Below are positions 11,139 through 27,097 of a DNA stretch of 64,000 nucleotides, in pieces (position 1 is the stretch's first letter; every line of letters begins with the position of its first letter). The translations under genes were made by a program, and so were the position numbers. This DNA is from Eledone cirrhosa. Taxonomy: Eukaryota. The notes below the pieces were generated by a model, which had not been told where the DNA came from, searched no databases, and saw only the letters and a program-made list of their open reading frames with translations. Location of the stretch: positions 92,814,001 to 92,878,000 of the forward strand of contig OZ024742.1 of assembly GCA_964016885.1 (NCBI GenBank), in the 5' to 3' direction.

Positions 11139-14100
11139 TTCCAAACTGGATACACTCAATCACCAAACCAGATACACACAATCACCAAACCAGATACACT
11201 CAATCACCAAACCAGATACACTCAATCACCAAACCAGATATACTGAATCACCAAACTAGATATACTCAATCACCAAACCAGATACACTCAATCACAAAAC
11301 TGGATACACACGATCACCAAACAAGATACACTCAATCACCAAACCAGATACACTCAATCACAAAACTTTATACACACAGTCACCAAACCAGATACACCAA
11401 TCACCAAACTGGATACAATCAATCACCAAACCAGATACACTCAATCACCAAACCAGATACACACAATCACCAAACCGGATACACTCAATCACCAAACTGG
11501 ATACACTCAATCACCAAACCAGATATACTCAGTCACCAAACCAGATACACTCAATCACCAAACCAGATACACTCAATCACCAAACTGGATACACTCAATC
11601 ACCAAACCAGATACACTCAATCACCAAACCAGATACACACAATCACCAAACCAGATACACTCAATCACCAAACCAGATACACTCAATCACCAAACTGGAT
11701 ACACTCAATCACTAAACCAGATACACTCAATCACCAAACCAGATACACACAATCACCAAACCAGATACACTCAATCACCAAACCAGATACACTCAATCAC
11801 CAAACCAGATACACTCAATCACCAAACCAGATACACTCAATCACCAAACTGGATACACTCAATCACCAAACCAGATACACTCAATCACCAAACTGGATAC
11901 ACTCAATCACCAAACCAGATACACTCAATCACCAAACCAGATACACTCAATCACCAAACCAGATACACTCAATCACCAAACTGGATACACTCAATCACCA
12001 AACCAGATACACTCAATCACCAAACCAGATACACTCAATCACCAAACCAGATACACACAATCACCTAATCAGATACACTCAATCACCAAACCAGATACAC
12101 TCAATCACCAAACTGGATACACTCAATCACCAAACCAGATACACTTAATCACCAAACCAGATACACTCAATCACCAAACAAGATACACTCAATCACCAAA
12201 CTGGATACACTCAATCACCAAACCAGATACACTCAATCACCAAACCAGATACACTCAATCACTAAACCAGATATACTCAGCCACCAAACCAGATACACTC
12301 AATCACCAAACCGGATACACTCAATCACCAAACTGGATACACTCAATCACCAAACCAGATACACTCAATCACCAAACTAGATACACTTAGTCACCAAACC
12401 AGATACACTCAATCACAAAACTGGATACACTCAATCACCAAACTGGATACACTCAATCACCAAACCAGATACACTCAATCACCAAACTGGATACACTCAA
12501 TCACCAAACTGGATACAATCAATCACCAAACCAGATACACTCAATCATCAAACCAGATACACACAATCACCAAACCGGATACACTCAATCACCAAACTGG
12601 ATACACTCAATCACCAAACTGGATACACTCAATCACCAAACCAGATATACTCAGTCACCAAACCAGATACACTCAATCACCAAACCAGATACACTCAATC
12701 ACCAAACTGGATACACTCAATCACCAAACCAGATACACTCAATCACCAAACCAGATACACTCAATCACCAAACCAGATACACTCAATCACCAAACCAGAT
12801 ACACTCAATCACCAAACTGGATACACTCAATCACCAAACCAGATACACTCAATCACCAAACGAGATATACTCAGTCACCAAACTAGATACACTCAATCAC
12901 CAAACCAGATACACTCAATCACCAAACTGGATACACTCAATCACTAAACCAGATACACTCAATCACCAAACCAGATACACACAATCACCTAACCAGATAC
13001 ACTCAATCGCCTAACCAGATACACTCAATCACCAAACTGGATACACTCAATCACCAAACCAGATACACTTAATCACCAAACCAGATACACTCAATCACCA
13101 TACAAGATACACTCAATCACCAAACTGGATACACTCAATCACCAAACTGAATACACTCAATCACCAAACCAGATACACTCAATCACCAAACCAGATATAC
13201 TCAGCCACCAAACCAGATACACTCAATCACCAAACCGGATACACTCAATCACCAAACTGGATACACTCAATCAACAAACCAGATACACTCAATCACCAAA
13301 CCAGATACACACAATCACCAAACCAGATACACTCAATCACCAAACCAGATACACTCAATTACCAAACTGGATACACTCAATCACCAAACCAGATACACTC
13401 AATCACCAAACCAGATACACACAATCACCAAACCAGATACACTCAATCACCAAACCAGATACACTCAATCACCAAACTGGATACACTCAATCACCAAACC
13501 AGATACACTCAATCACCAAACCAGATATACTCAGTCACCAAACTAGATACACTCAATCACCAAAGCAGATACACTCAATCACCAAACTGGATACACTCAA
13601 TCACTAAACCAGATACACTCAATCACCAAACCAGATACACTCAATCACCAAACCAGATACACTCAATCACCAAACCAGATAAACTCAATCACCAAACTGG
13701 ATACACTCAATCACCAAACCAGATACACTCAATCACCAAACCAGATATACTCAGTCACCAAACTAGATACACTCAATCACCAAACCAGATACACTCAATC
13801 ACCAAACTGGATACACTCAATCACTAAACCAGATAAACTCAATCACCAAACCAGATACACTCAATCACCAAACCAGATACACTCAATCACCAAACCAGAT
13901 ACACTCAATCACCAAACCAGATACACACGATCACCTAACCAGATACACTCAATCACCAAACCAGATACACTCAATCACCAAACTGGATACACTCAATCAC
14001 CAAAGCAGATACACACGATCACCTAACCAGATACACTCAATCACCAAACCAGATACACTCAATCACCAAACTGGATACACTCAATCACCAAACCAGATAT

Positions 14101-17100
14101 ACTCAGTCACCAAACTAGATACACTCAATCACCAAACCAGATACACTCAATCACCAAACTGGATACACTCAATCACTAAACCAGATACACTCAATCACCA
14201 AACCAGATACACACAATCACCAAACCAGATACACTCAATCACCAAACCAGATACACTCAATCACCAAACCAGATACACTCAATCACCAAACCAGATACAC
14301 TCAATCACCAAACTGGATACACTCAATCACCAAACCAGATACACTCAATCACCAAACTAGATACACTTAGTCACCAAACCAGATACACTCAATCACAAAA
14401 CTGGATACACACAATCACCAAACCAGATACACTCAATCACCAAACCAGATACACTCAATCACAAAACTGGATACACTCAATCACCAAACTGGATACAATC
14501 AATCACCAAACTGGATACAATCAATCACCAAACCAGATACACTCAATCACCAAACCAGATACACACAATCACCAAACCAGATACACTCAATCACCAAACC
14601 AGATACACTCAATCACCAAACCAGATACACTCAATCACCAAACCAGATACACTCAATCACCAAACTGGATACACTCAATCACCAAACTGGATACAATCAA
14701 TCACCAAACCAGATACACTCAATCATCAAACCAGATACACACAATCACCAAACCGGATACACTCAATCACCAAACTGGATACACTCAATCACCAAACTGG
14801 ATACACTCAATCACCAAACCAGATATACTCAGTCACCAAACCAGATACACTCAATCACCAAACCAGATACACTCAATCACCAAACTGGATACACTCAATC
14901 ACCAAACCAGATACACTCAATCACCAAACCAGATACACTCAATCACCAAACCAGATACACTCAATCACCAAACCAGATACACTCAATCACCAAACTGGAT
15001 ACACTCAATCACCAAACCAGATACACTCAATCACCAAACGAGATATACTCAGTCACCAAACTAGATACACTCAATCACCAAACCAGATACACTCAATCAC
15101 CAAACTGGATACACTCAATCACTAAACCAGATACACTCAATCACCAAACGAGATATACTCAGTCACCAAACTAGATACACTCAATCACCAAACCAGATAC
15201 ACTCAATCACCAAACTGGATACACTCAATCACTAAACCAGATACACTCAATAACCAAACCAGATACACACAATCACCTAACCAGATACACTCAATCGCCT
15301 AACCAGATACACTCAATCACCAAACTGGATACACTCAATCACCAAACCAGATACACTTAATCACCAAACCAGATACACTCAATCACCATACAAGATACAC
15401 TCAATCACCAAACTGGATACACTCAATCACCAAACTGAATACACTCAATCACCAAACCAGATACACTCAATCACCAAACCAGATATACTCAGCCACCAAA
15501 CCAGATACACTCAATCACCAAACCGGATACACTCAATCACCAAACTGGATACACTCAATCAACAAACCAGATACACTCAATCACCAAACCAGATACACAC
15601 AATCACCAAACCAGATACACTCAATCACCAAACCAGATACACTCAATCACCAAACTGGATACACTCAATCACCAAACCAGATACACTCAATCACCAAACC
15701 AGATACACACAATCACCAAACCAGATACACTCAATCACCAAACCAGATACACTCAATCACCAAACTGGATACACTCAATCACCAAACCAGATACACTCAA
15801 TCACCAAACCAGATATACTCAGTCACCAAACTAGATACACTCAATCACCAAAGCAGATACACTCAATCACCAAACTGGATACACTCAATCACTAAACCAG
15901 ATACACTCAATCACCAAACCAGATACACTCAATCACCAAACCAGATACACTCAATCACCAAACCAGATAAACTCAATCACCAAACTGGATACACTCAATC
16001 ACCAAACCAGATACACTCAATCACCAAACCAGATATACTCAGTTACCAAACTAGATACACTCAATCACCAAACCAGATACACTCAATCACCAAACTGGAT
16101 ACACTCAATCACTAAACCAGATAAACTCAATTACCAAACCAGATACACTCAATCACCAAACCAGATACACTCAATCACCAAACCAGATACACTCAATCAC
16201 CAAACCAGATACACACGATCACCTAACCAGATACACTCAATCACCAAACCAGATACACTCAATCACCAAACTGGATACACTCAATCACCAAAGCAGATAC
16301 ACTTAATCACCAAACCAGATACACTCAATCACCAAACAAGATACACTCAATCACCAAACAGATACACTCAATCACCAAACCAGATACACTCAATCACCAA
16401 ACCAGATAAACTTAATCACCAAACTGGATACACTCAATCACCAAACCAGATACACTCAATCACCAAACCAGATATACTCAGTCACCAAACTAGATACACT
16501 CAATCACCAAACCAGATACACTCAATCACCAAACTGGATACACTCAATCACTAAACCAGATACACTCAATCACCAAACCAGATACACTCAATCACCAAAC
16601 CAGATACACTCAATCACCAAACCAGATACATTCAATCACCAAACCAGATACACACAATCACCTAACCAGATACACTCAATCACCAAACCAGATACACTCA
16701 ATCACCAAACTAGATACACTCAATCACCAAACCAGATACACTCAATCACCAAACCAGATACACTCAACCACCAAACCAGATACACTCAATCACCAAACCA
16801 GATACACTCAATCACCAAACCAGATACACACAATCACCTAACCAGATACACTCAATCACCAAACCAGATACACTCAATCACCAAACCAGATACACTCAAT
16901 CACCAAACTAGATACACTCAATCACCAAACCAGATACACTCAATCACCAAACCAGATACACTCAGCCACCAAACCAGATACACTCAATCACTAAACCAGA
17001 TACACTCAATCACCAAACTGGATACACTCAATCACCAAATCAGATACACTTAATCACCAAACCAGATACACTCAATCACCAAACAAGATACACTCAATCA

Positions 17101-20100
17101 CCAAACTGGATACACTCAATCACCAAACAAGATACACTCAATCACCAAACCAGATACAATCAATCACCAAAACAGATATACTCAGCCACAAAACCAGATA
17201 CACTCAATCACCAAACCGGATACACTCAATCACCAAACAGGATACACTCAATCACCAAAGCAGATACACTTAATCACCAAACCAGATACACTCAATCACC
17301 AAACAAGATACACTCAATCACCAAACTGGATACACTCAATCACCAAACCAGATACACTCAATCACCAAACCAGATACAATCAATCACCAAACCAGATATA
17401 CTCAGTCACCAGACCAGATACACTCAATCACCAAACCGGATACACTCAATCACCAAACTGGATACACTCAATCACCAAACTAGATACACTTAGTCACCAA
17501 ACCAGATACACTCAATCACCAAACTGGATACACTCAATCACCAAACTGGATACACTCAATCACCAAACCAGATACACTCAATCACCAAACTGGATACACT
17601 CAATCACCAAACTGGATACAATCAATCACCAAACCAGATACACTCAATCATCAAACCAGATACACACAATCACCAAACCGGATACACTCAATCACCAAAC
17701 AGGATACACTCAATCACCAAACTGGATACACTCAATCACCAAACCAGATATACTCAGTCACCAAACCAGATACACTCAATCACCAAACCAGATACACTCA
17801 ATCACCAAACTGGATACACTCAATCACCAAACCAGATATACTCAATCACCAAACTAGATACACTCAATCACCAAACCAGATACACTCAATAACCAAACCA
17901 GATACACTTAGTCACCAAACCAGATACACTCAATCACAAAACTGGATACACACAATCACCAAACCAGATACACTCAATCACCAAACCGGATACACTCAAT
18001 CACCAAACCAGATACACTCAATCACAAAACTGTATACACACAGTAACCAAACCAGATACACTCAATCACCAAACTGGATACACTCAATCACCGAACCAGT
18101 TACACTCATTCACCAAACCAGATACACACAATCACCAAACCAGATACACTCAATCACCAAACCAGATACACTCAATCACCAAACTGGATACACTCAATCA
18201 CCAAACCAGATACAATCAATCACCAAACCAGATATACTCAATCACCAAACTAGATACACTCAATCACCAAACCAGATACACTCAATCACCAAACTGGATA
18301 CACTCAATCACTAAACCAGATACACTCAATCACCAAACCAGATACACTCAATCACCAAAACAGATACACTCAATCACCAAACCAGATAAACTCAATCACC
18401 AAACTGGATACACTCAATCACCAAACCAGATACACTCAATCACCAAACTGGATACACTCAATCACTAAACCAGATACACTCAATCACCAAACCAGATACA
18501 CTCAATCACCAAACCAGATACACTCAATCACCAAACCAGATACACTCAATCACCAAACCAGATACACTCAATCACCAAACCAGATACACACAATCACCTA
18601 ACCAGATACACACAATCACCAAACCAGATACACTCAATCACCAAACTGGATACACTCAATCACCAAAGCAGATACACTTAATCAGCAAACCAGATACCTT
18701 CATTCACCAAACAAGATACACTCAATCACCAAACTGGATACACTCAATCACCAAACCAGATACACTCAATCAGCAAACCAGATACAATCAATCACCAAAC
18801 CAGATACACTCAATCACCAAACCAGATACACTCAATCACCAAACTGGATACACTCAATCACCAAACCAGATACACTCAATCACCAAACCAGATACAATCA
18901 ATCACCAAACCAGATATACTCAGCCACCAAACCAGATACACTCAATCACCAAACCGGATACACTCAATCACCAAACTGGATACACTCAATCACCAAACCA
19001 GATACACTCAATCACCAAACCAGATACACTTACTCACCAAACCAGATACACTCAATCACAAAACTGGATACACACAATCACCAAACCAGATACACTCAAT
19101 CACCAAACCAGATATACTCAATCACAAAACTGGATACACTCAATCACCAAACCAGATACACTCAATCACCAAACTGGATACACTCAATCACCAAACCAAA
19201 TACACTCAATCACCAAACCAGATACACACAATCACCTAACCAGATACACACAATCACCTAACCAGATACACTCAATCACCAAACCAGATACACTCAATCA
19301 CCAAACCAGATACACACAATCACCTAACCAGATACACTCAATCACCAAACCAGATACACACAATCACCAAACCAGATACACACAATCACCTAACCAGATA
19401 CACTCAATCACCAAACCAGATACACTCAATCACCAAACTGGATACACTCAATCACCAAACCAGATACACTTAATCACCAAACCAGATACACTCAATCACC
19501 AAACAAGATACACTCAATCACCAAACTGGATACGATCAATCACCAAACCAGATACACTCAATCACCAAACTGGATACACTCAATCACCAAACCAGATACA
19601 CTCAATCACCAAACCAGATATACTCAGTCACCAAACTAGATACACTCAATCACCAAACCAGATACACTCAATCACCAAACTGGATACACTCAATCACTAA
19701 ACCAGATACACTCAATCACCAAACCAGATACACTCAATCACCAAACTGGATACACTCAATCACCAAACCAGATACACTCAATCACCAAACCAGATATACT
19801 CAGTCACCAAACTAGATACACTCAATCACCAAACCAGATACACTCAATCACCAAACTGGATACACTCAATCACTAAACCAAATACACTCAATCACGAAAC
19901 TGGATACACTCAATCACCAAACCAGATACACACAATCACCTAACCAGATACACTCAATCACCAAACTGGATACACTCAATCACCAAACCAGATACACTCA
20001 ATCACCAAACCAGATACACTTAATCACCAAACCAGATACACTCAATCACCAAACAAGATACACTCAATCACCAAACTGGATACACTCAATCACCAAACCA

Positions 20101-22860
20101 GATACACTCAATCACCAAACCAGATACACTCAATCACCAGACCGGATACACACAATCACCAAAGCAGATACACTCAATCACCAAACCAGATACACTCAAT
20201 CACCAAACCAGATACACTCAATCACCAAACCAGATATACTCAGTCACCAAACCAGACACACTCAGTCACCAAACCAGATACACTCAGTCACCAAACCAGA
20301 TACAGTCAATCACCAAACCAGATACACTCAATCACCAAACCAGATACACTCAATCACCAAACCAGATACACTCAATCACCAAACTGGATACACTCAATCA
20401 CCAAACTGGATACACTCAATCACCAAACCGGATACACTCAATCAACAAACTGGATACACTCAGTCACAAAACTGAATACACTCAATCACCAAACCAGATA
20501 CACTCAATCACCAAACCAGATATACTCAGTCACCAAACCAGATACACTCAATCACCAAACCAGATACACTCGATCACCAAACTGGATACACTTAGTCGCA
20601 AAACTGGATACATTCAATCACCAAACCAGATACACTCAATCACCAAACTGGATACACTCAGTCACCAAACCAGATACACTCAATCACCAAACTGGATACA
20701 CTCAATCACCAAATCAGATACAGTCAATCAACAAACCAGTTACACTCAGTCACTAAACCGGATACACTCGATCACCAAACCAGATACACTCAATCACCAA
20801 ACCAGATACACTCAATCACCAAACCAGATATACTCAATCACCAAAGCAGATACACACAATCACCAAACCAGATATACTCAATCACCAAACCAGATACACT
20901 CAGTCACCAAACCAGATACACTCAATCACCAAACCAGATACACTCAGTCACCAAACCAGATACACTCAATCACCAAACCAGATACACTCAATCACCAAAC
21001 CAGATATACCCAATCACCAAACCAGATACACACAATCACCAAACCAGATATACTCAATCACCAAACCAGATACACTCAGTCACCAAACCAGATACACTCA
21101 ATCACCAAACCAGATACACTCAGTCACCAAACCAGATACACTCAATCACCAAACCAGATAACTCAATCACCAAATCAGATATACTCAATCACCAAACCAG
21201 ATATACCCAATCACCAAACCAGATACACACAATCACCAAACCAGATATACTCAATCACCAAACCAGATACACTCAGTCACCAAACCAGATACACTCAATC
21301 ACCAAACCAGATACACTCAGTCACCAAACCAGATACACTCAATCACCAAACCAGATACACTCAATCAGCAAACCAGATACACACAATCACCAAACCAGAT
21401 ACACTCAATCACCAAACCAGATACACTCAATCACCAAACCAGATATACTCAATCACCAAACCAGATATACTCAATTACCAAACCAGATACACTCAATCAC
21501 CAAACCAGATACACTCAATCACCAAACCAGATATACTCAATCACTAAACCAGATACACACAATCACCAAACCAGATATACTCAATCACCAAACCAGATAC
21601 ACTCAGTCACCAAACCAGATACACTCAATCACCAAACCAGATACACTCAATCACCAAACCAGATATATTCAATCACCAAACCAGATACACACAATCACCA
21701 AACCGGATATACTCAATCACCAAACCAGATACACTCAATCACCAAACCAGATACACCCAATCACCAAACCAGATATACTCAATCACCAAACCAGATACAC
21801 ACAATCACCAAACCAGATATACTCAATCACCAAACCAGATACACTCAATCACCAAACCAGATACACTCAATCACCAAACTGGATACACTCAATCACCAAA
21901 CCAGATACACTCAATCACCAAACCAGATATACTCAGTCACCAAACTAGATACACTCAATCACCAAACCAGATACACTCAATCACCAAACTGGATACACTC
22001 AATCACTAAACCAGATACACTCAATCACCAAAGCAGATACACACAATCACCAAACCAGATATACTCAATCACCAAACCAGATACACTCAATCACCAAACC
22101 AGATACACTCAATCACCAAACTGGATACACTCAATCACCAAACCAGATACACTCAATCACCAAACCAGATATACTCCGTCACCAAACTAGATACACTCAA
22201 TCACCAAACCAGATACACTCAATCACCAAACTGGATACACTCAATCACTAAACCAGATACACTCAATCACCTAACCAGATACACTCAATCACCAAACCAG
22301 ATACACTCAATCACCAAACTGGATACACTCAATCACCAAACCAGATACACTCAATCACCAAACCAGATATACTCAGCCACCAAACCAGATACACTCAATC
22401 ACCAAACCGGATACACTCAATCACCAAACTGGATACACTCAATCACCAAACTGGATACACTCAATCACCAAACTGGATACACTCAATCACCAAACTGGAT
22501 ACACTCAATCACCAAACTGGATACACTCAATCACCAAACCAGATATACTCAATCACCAAACCAGATACACTCAATCACCAAACCAGATACACTCAATCAC
22601 CAAACCAGATACACTCAATCACCAAACCAGATACACTCAATCACCAAACCAGATATACTCAGCCACCAAACCAGATACACTCAATCACCAAACCAGATAC
22701 ACACAATCACCAAACCAGATACACTCAACCACCAAACCAGATATACTCAATCACCAAACCAGATACACTCAATCACCAAACCAGATACACACAATCACCA
22801 AACCAGATTCATACAGCCACTGAACTGGATATGCATAATCACTGAACCATAGATGCACAG
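11139..22860 (+). repeat. 22-bp satellite array (ACTCAATCACCAAACCAGATAC), roughly 530 copies
   Basis: Continuous 22-bp periodicity with point variants and degenerate units at both borders. Confidence 0.98.
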
Positions 22861-23246
22861 CTGAATAACCTAAAATAAAGGTAAAGAGCCCTTAATTCCT
22901 GATGGAGTCATAGGGATGCCACCACAACACATTGCATGTTTTGGGTATTTGAAACCTAACAGAGTTTATCCTTCTCTAGGTTGGCACACAGCTGATTTCT
23001 TCCAGATGGAGAATGACATGACAACAGTATTTAAAAACAACAGAAGGGTGAATTTGAAATATTTTTTTAATGTTGCAAAATCACAAACATATTTCTATAG
23101 CCTAATTACATCATTGGATCATGAGGTATGACTTTGGCGATGTCATCAGGTGTGGATTGCAAAGATTTGGTAATTGATCACAGGATTACGGGAAACAGTA
23201 AGAACAGAGAGTGGACTTGATTCAGAGATGGCCAGCCAATTTGGTG

Positions 23247-23289
<43 letters not shown>

Positions 23290-23291
<2 letters not shown>

Positions 23292-23960
23292 AACGAACTA
23301 AGGAACTAAGGAAAAAATTAGAAATAAGAGGGATCAGATGTTGTTTACTCGAGAGAAGGCTACGTTGGTATGGTCACGTGATGCGCATGAAAGACGACAG
23401 CTGTATAACAAAGTGCAGGGCAATAAAGATAGACGGTAGCCACGGAGTAGGCAGACCCAGAAAAACCTGGGACGAGCTGATAAATTCCGACCTCACACAC
23501 TTACACCTCTCCAAGACAATATCACTGGACCGAGACCTTTGGCGGTACTCAGTAATAGAGAAGACCCGCCTTATCTAAATACAAAGTAAAACCTACTACA
23601 GTCAGTAGGCATCTCTAACAAAATACACCCCCGTCCCACCACTCCCACCCCATCCACACCGCCCCTTTCAATGTAGTTATGTTGGTGCCACAACATCCAG
23701 GCCGAAACAAATGAAATCGTGTAGGTGTCACGACAAAAAAACACACAGTCCACGCTGTAATGTGGCCATGTAGGCAACACGGTAAAAACCTTCCAGCCCC
23801 ACACTGTAAATGTGGTTGGTGTTATGAAGGGCATCCAGCTGTAGAAAACCTGCCAGACAGTCCTATGCGAGCAAGACAATCACTCTTGCCTCAAGTGGGA
23901 AAACTCCCGTCCAAACCCATGCAAGCGTGGAACACGGACGTTAAACGATGATGATGATGA
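23290..23960 (+). mobile_element. 5'-truncated RTE LINE (C-terminus + 3' UTR + (GAT)n) inserted in (TA)n
   Basis: RRLRWYGHVMRM..GRPRKTW. Nearly identical to 36860-37610. Confidence 0.9.
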
Positions 23961-24639
23961 TATATATCATCATCATAGTTTTTATAACCCCTATATCATG
24001 CTGGTATCAGTTTGAATGGAATGGTTTGAGACAGTGTTCCACAGCTGGATGCCTGTCTTTTTATCAACTCATTTAGTTGCCTCTTATGACATGCAGAGAT
24101 ATGGTGTATGTGTGTTTGTGTGTTTATGTAATGCGTGTATATAAATAATTTTCTACTGTCCACATAGTTTATCACCAAGATGGCAACAACATTCTCTCTG
24201 TATTGTGGATAGATATATAAAGATATAAAACATTTTGTGTTATGCCGTGTCTTTTGGCCTATTGTTGTAACTGACTAAACATCTCGTATCTATTTAGAAA
24301 CAACCTATTGATGGCTTACATCAATGTTGAAATTGCCTGGAGGCTGTGAATCTCAGACACAAGAGGCTTGCTTCATTATAGCTATAGTAATGGTTGACAA
24401 TTTTACCTTTCTGTAAACAAGTTTCTTTCTCTCTTTTGTCAGGAATTTGACCTGGCAAAAATCTATAGAAATGATTCAATGATTTAGGTTCATTTTTGTT
24501 TTGTCACTTCTGTCAGAAAAACATTGCAGACTTTCTTCTCTTGAAATGAACTGAAACGAATAAAATTAAGTTGTACCAAATCTGCCTGGAGGGTAAAAAT
24601 GTTGGGTCATATATCTAGATTTAAATGGTCACTCCTTAA

Positions 24640-24824
24640 TGTCTGTTGTGTACATGTGTGTATATGAGTGTTTTTATGTGTATATGTATGTGTGTATCTA
24701 TGTGTGAGTATGTATATATGTGTGTATATATGAATGTGAAAGTATGTATATATGTATGTGTTTGTATTATGTGTATATCCATATATATATGTATGTATAT
24801 ATATGTGCATGTGTATGTATGTAG

Positions 24825-24873
<49 letters not shown>

Positions 24874-24894
24874 ATATATGTGTATATATATATA

Positions 24895-24941
<47 letters not shown>

Positions 24942-24985
24942 TATATAAATCTATTTGTGTGTGCGTGCATATGTATGTGTGCCTA
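24640..24985. repeat. (TG/TA)n low-complexity microsatellite
   Basis: Visible. Confidence 0.9.
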
Positions 24986-25129
24986 TAGATGAAAGAAAAA
25001 TTGTGGAACAGTTAAATCGATGTTCAAGTTGTATTTTAGTTAGATTGGCTTAGGTTTTATATTTGTAAAGTTAAATAAGAGAGATAGAAGATTATTATAC
25101 TTTGGTTGACATATATTATGAGTGCAGTG

Positions 25130-25215
25130 AAGCTGCATGGCATAGTGGTTAAGATGTTTGTCTCTTGACCATAAGGTTGTGAGTTTAATTCATATGGTGC
25201 ATTATGTTTTGAGTA
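25130..25215 (+). mobile_element. Degenerate SINE tRNA-like head
   Basis: TGGCATAGTGGTTAAG A box and GAGTTTAATTC B-box-like motif. Confidence 0.5.
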
Positions 25216-26214
25216 CAGAGAAAGAAACAAAAATAGAAAGAGAGAGGGGTAGTGAAGGTGGAGCAAGGAAAATGGAATGGAAAAAATCCACAATCAAATG
25301 ATGAGATCGGAGAAGGGGAAGGAGAGGCTGTTTTCTGTCAGTCTCAGAATAGACATAGATAAAAAAGAAGAGAAGGAAGGTGATACAAAAACAATCCCCA
25401 CCAAGTCCTATTGCCCCCAAAATTAAAACAAAATACAATTATAAATAAATATAGAATATACACATAAAAATCATTTAAAATTAAAAAAATTTAATTCCAA
25501 ATTTTAATGTTAAATCTAGAAATAATCTTCTTAAAATATATTTTGTTGCTGTTATTTTCTGTTTAAAAAAAAAAAATATATTGTATTGTCTTTTTTAAGT
25601 TTTGGTTTTATAAATATTATTACATTGTTGTTAAGTTGGCTGTGTGAGTGTGTGTGTATGTGATACATATATATAAAGAGAGAGAGAGAGAGAGAGACGA
25701 ACAGCAGACAATGTAACAACCAGAAAGAGAGAGAGAGAGAAAAAAAATTAGTGTACAAGACAGTAAGAGAAAAAAGCAGAAAGTGAGTGATAACAAGATA
25801 AAGAAAGAGATATGGGGAGTGAGAGGGAAAGTTCAAGAGACAGAATAATATACAGTCAGAGAGCTGGGCTGTATTAACCCATGGCTGGGCCACTAGGTTT
25901 TCAGGTATTTTGGATCCCCTCAAGCACTACAAACTTCCACCCAACTTCAGCAAATAAAAAAAAAAAAAAAGAAAAAGACAATCTCAAGGCTTCAACAATG
26001 TCAGCTTTATGAATAATACAGCCTGTTATAGAGAGATATAGAGAGAGTGAGGAAATGAGAGAGAGAGAGAGGCAGACAGTAATAAAAAGAAATAATGATG
26101 GAGTGAGGAGTATGGGGAAGTGGCTTTTAGAAAGAACCAAAAAGATTTATGGAATCTAACAGAGATTAAGAGCTTGTCTTAGTCTTAAACTGATGGCAGC
26201 AAAAATATAAATTA

Positions 26215-26675
26215 TCACCATGTCTTTTAGTAGATGCAGTGGAGCTGTAGCAGCTGGTGTAGACCATGTCTTTTAATAGAAAGAGATGTAGAGAAAGAAG
26301 GACCATGACTTATAGTTTGGGTGTAATGAAGAATTGGTTATGTCATGTTTTATATTGGAGGTATAATGGGGAATAGAAGATGGTAAGTCTAATATTGGAG
26401 GATGGGAGTAGTAGAGGATGGGAGAGACCATGAGTAATATTGGAGGTGTAGTGGAAGATGGGTGATGCCATGTCTTATATTGGAGGTGTAGTGGAGGATG
26501 GATGAGGTCATGTCTTATATTGGAGGAGTAGTGGAGGATGGGAGAGACCATGTCTTATATTGGAGGTATAATGAAGGATGGAAGAGACCATGTCTTATAT
26601 TGGAGGAGTAGTGGAGGATGGATAAGGTCATGTCTTATATTGGAGGAGTAATGGAGGTGAGATAAGACCATGTCT
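26215..26675 (+). repeat. Short diverged 40-bp tandem array (CATGTCTTATATTGGAGGAGTAGTGGAGGATGGGAGAGAC), about 10 copies
   Basis: CATGTCTTATATTGGAGG recurs every 40 bp at ~26470, 26510, 26550, 26590 and 26630. Confidence 0.85.
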
Positions 26676-27097
26676 GCTGCTTCTGTGTGAAAGGAAAGGT
26701 GAAGCCAGCTGGATGAGGTAACAAATAGATAGATAGACAGATAGACAAAGAAAAGGAAGAGAACTAGGTTGATTCTTAAGTTACAAGATTAAAGACCTTT
26801 GCCACACTCCCATTCCTGGTAGTAGGCCCTTAAACAAAGCCCTTTCATCCTGTAATCTTTTTATTTCTATATTCATAGAGAATGTCAGCCAACAACCTTT
26901 TGATCCAACCATCACTCTCCTGTCCTCTGTTTCAATATGTTGACAGCAGACTTTTACATGCATTTGTAAAAACAAATGCTACAAAACTTCCATTAGTTGC
27001 AGCAACAATGGCAGCAGCAGCACCACCACCACCAGAACCACCAACAGCAACAGAACACAATAAATAACTGACACCCACATTATTGACTGAATGAATA

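Noticed and set aside
11090-12148. 352-aa repetitive ORF
   Set aside because: It is a translation of the 22-bp satellite, and stop-creating variants occur throughout the array.
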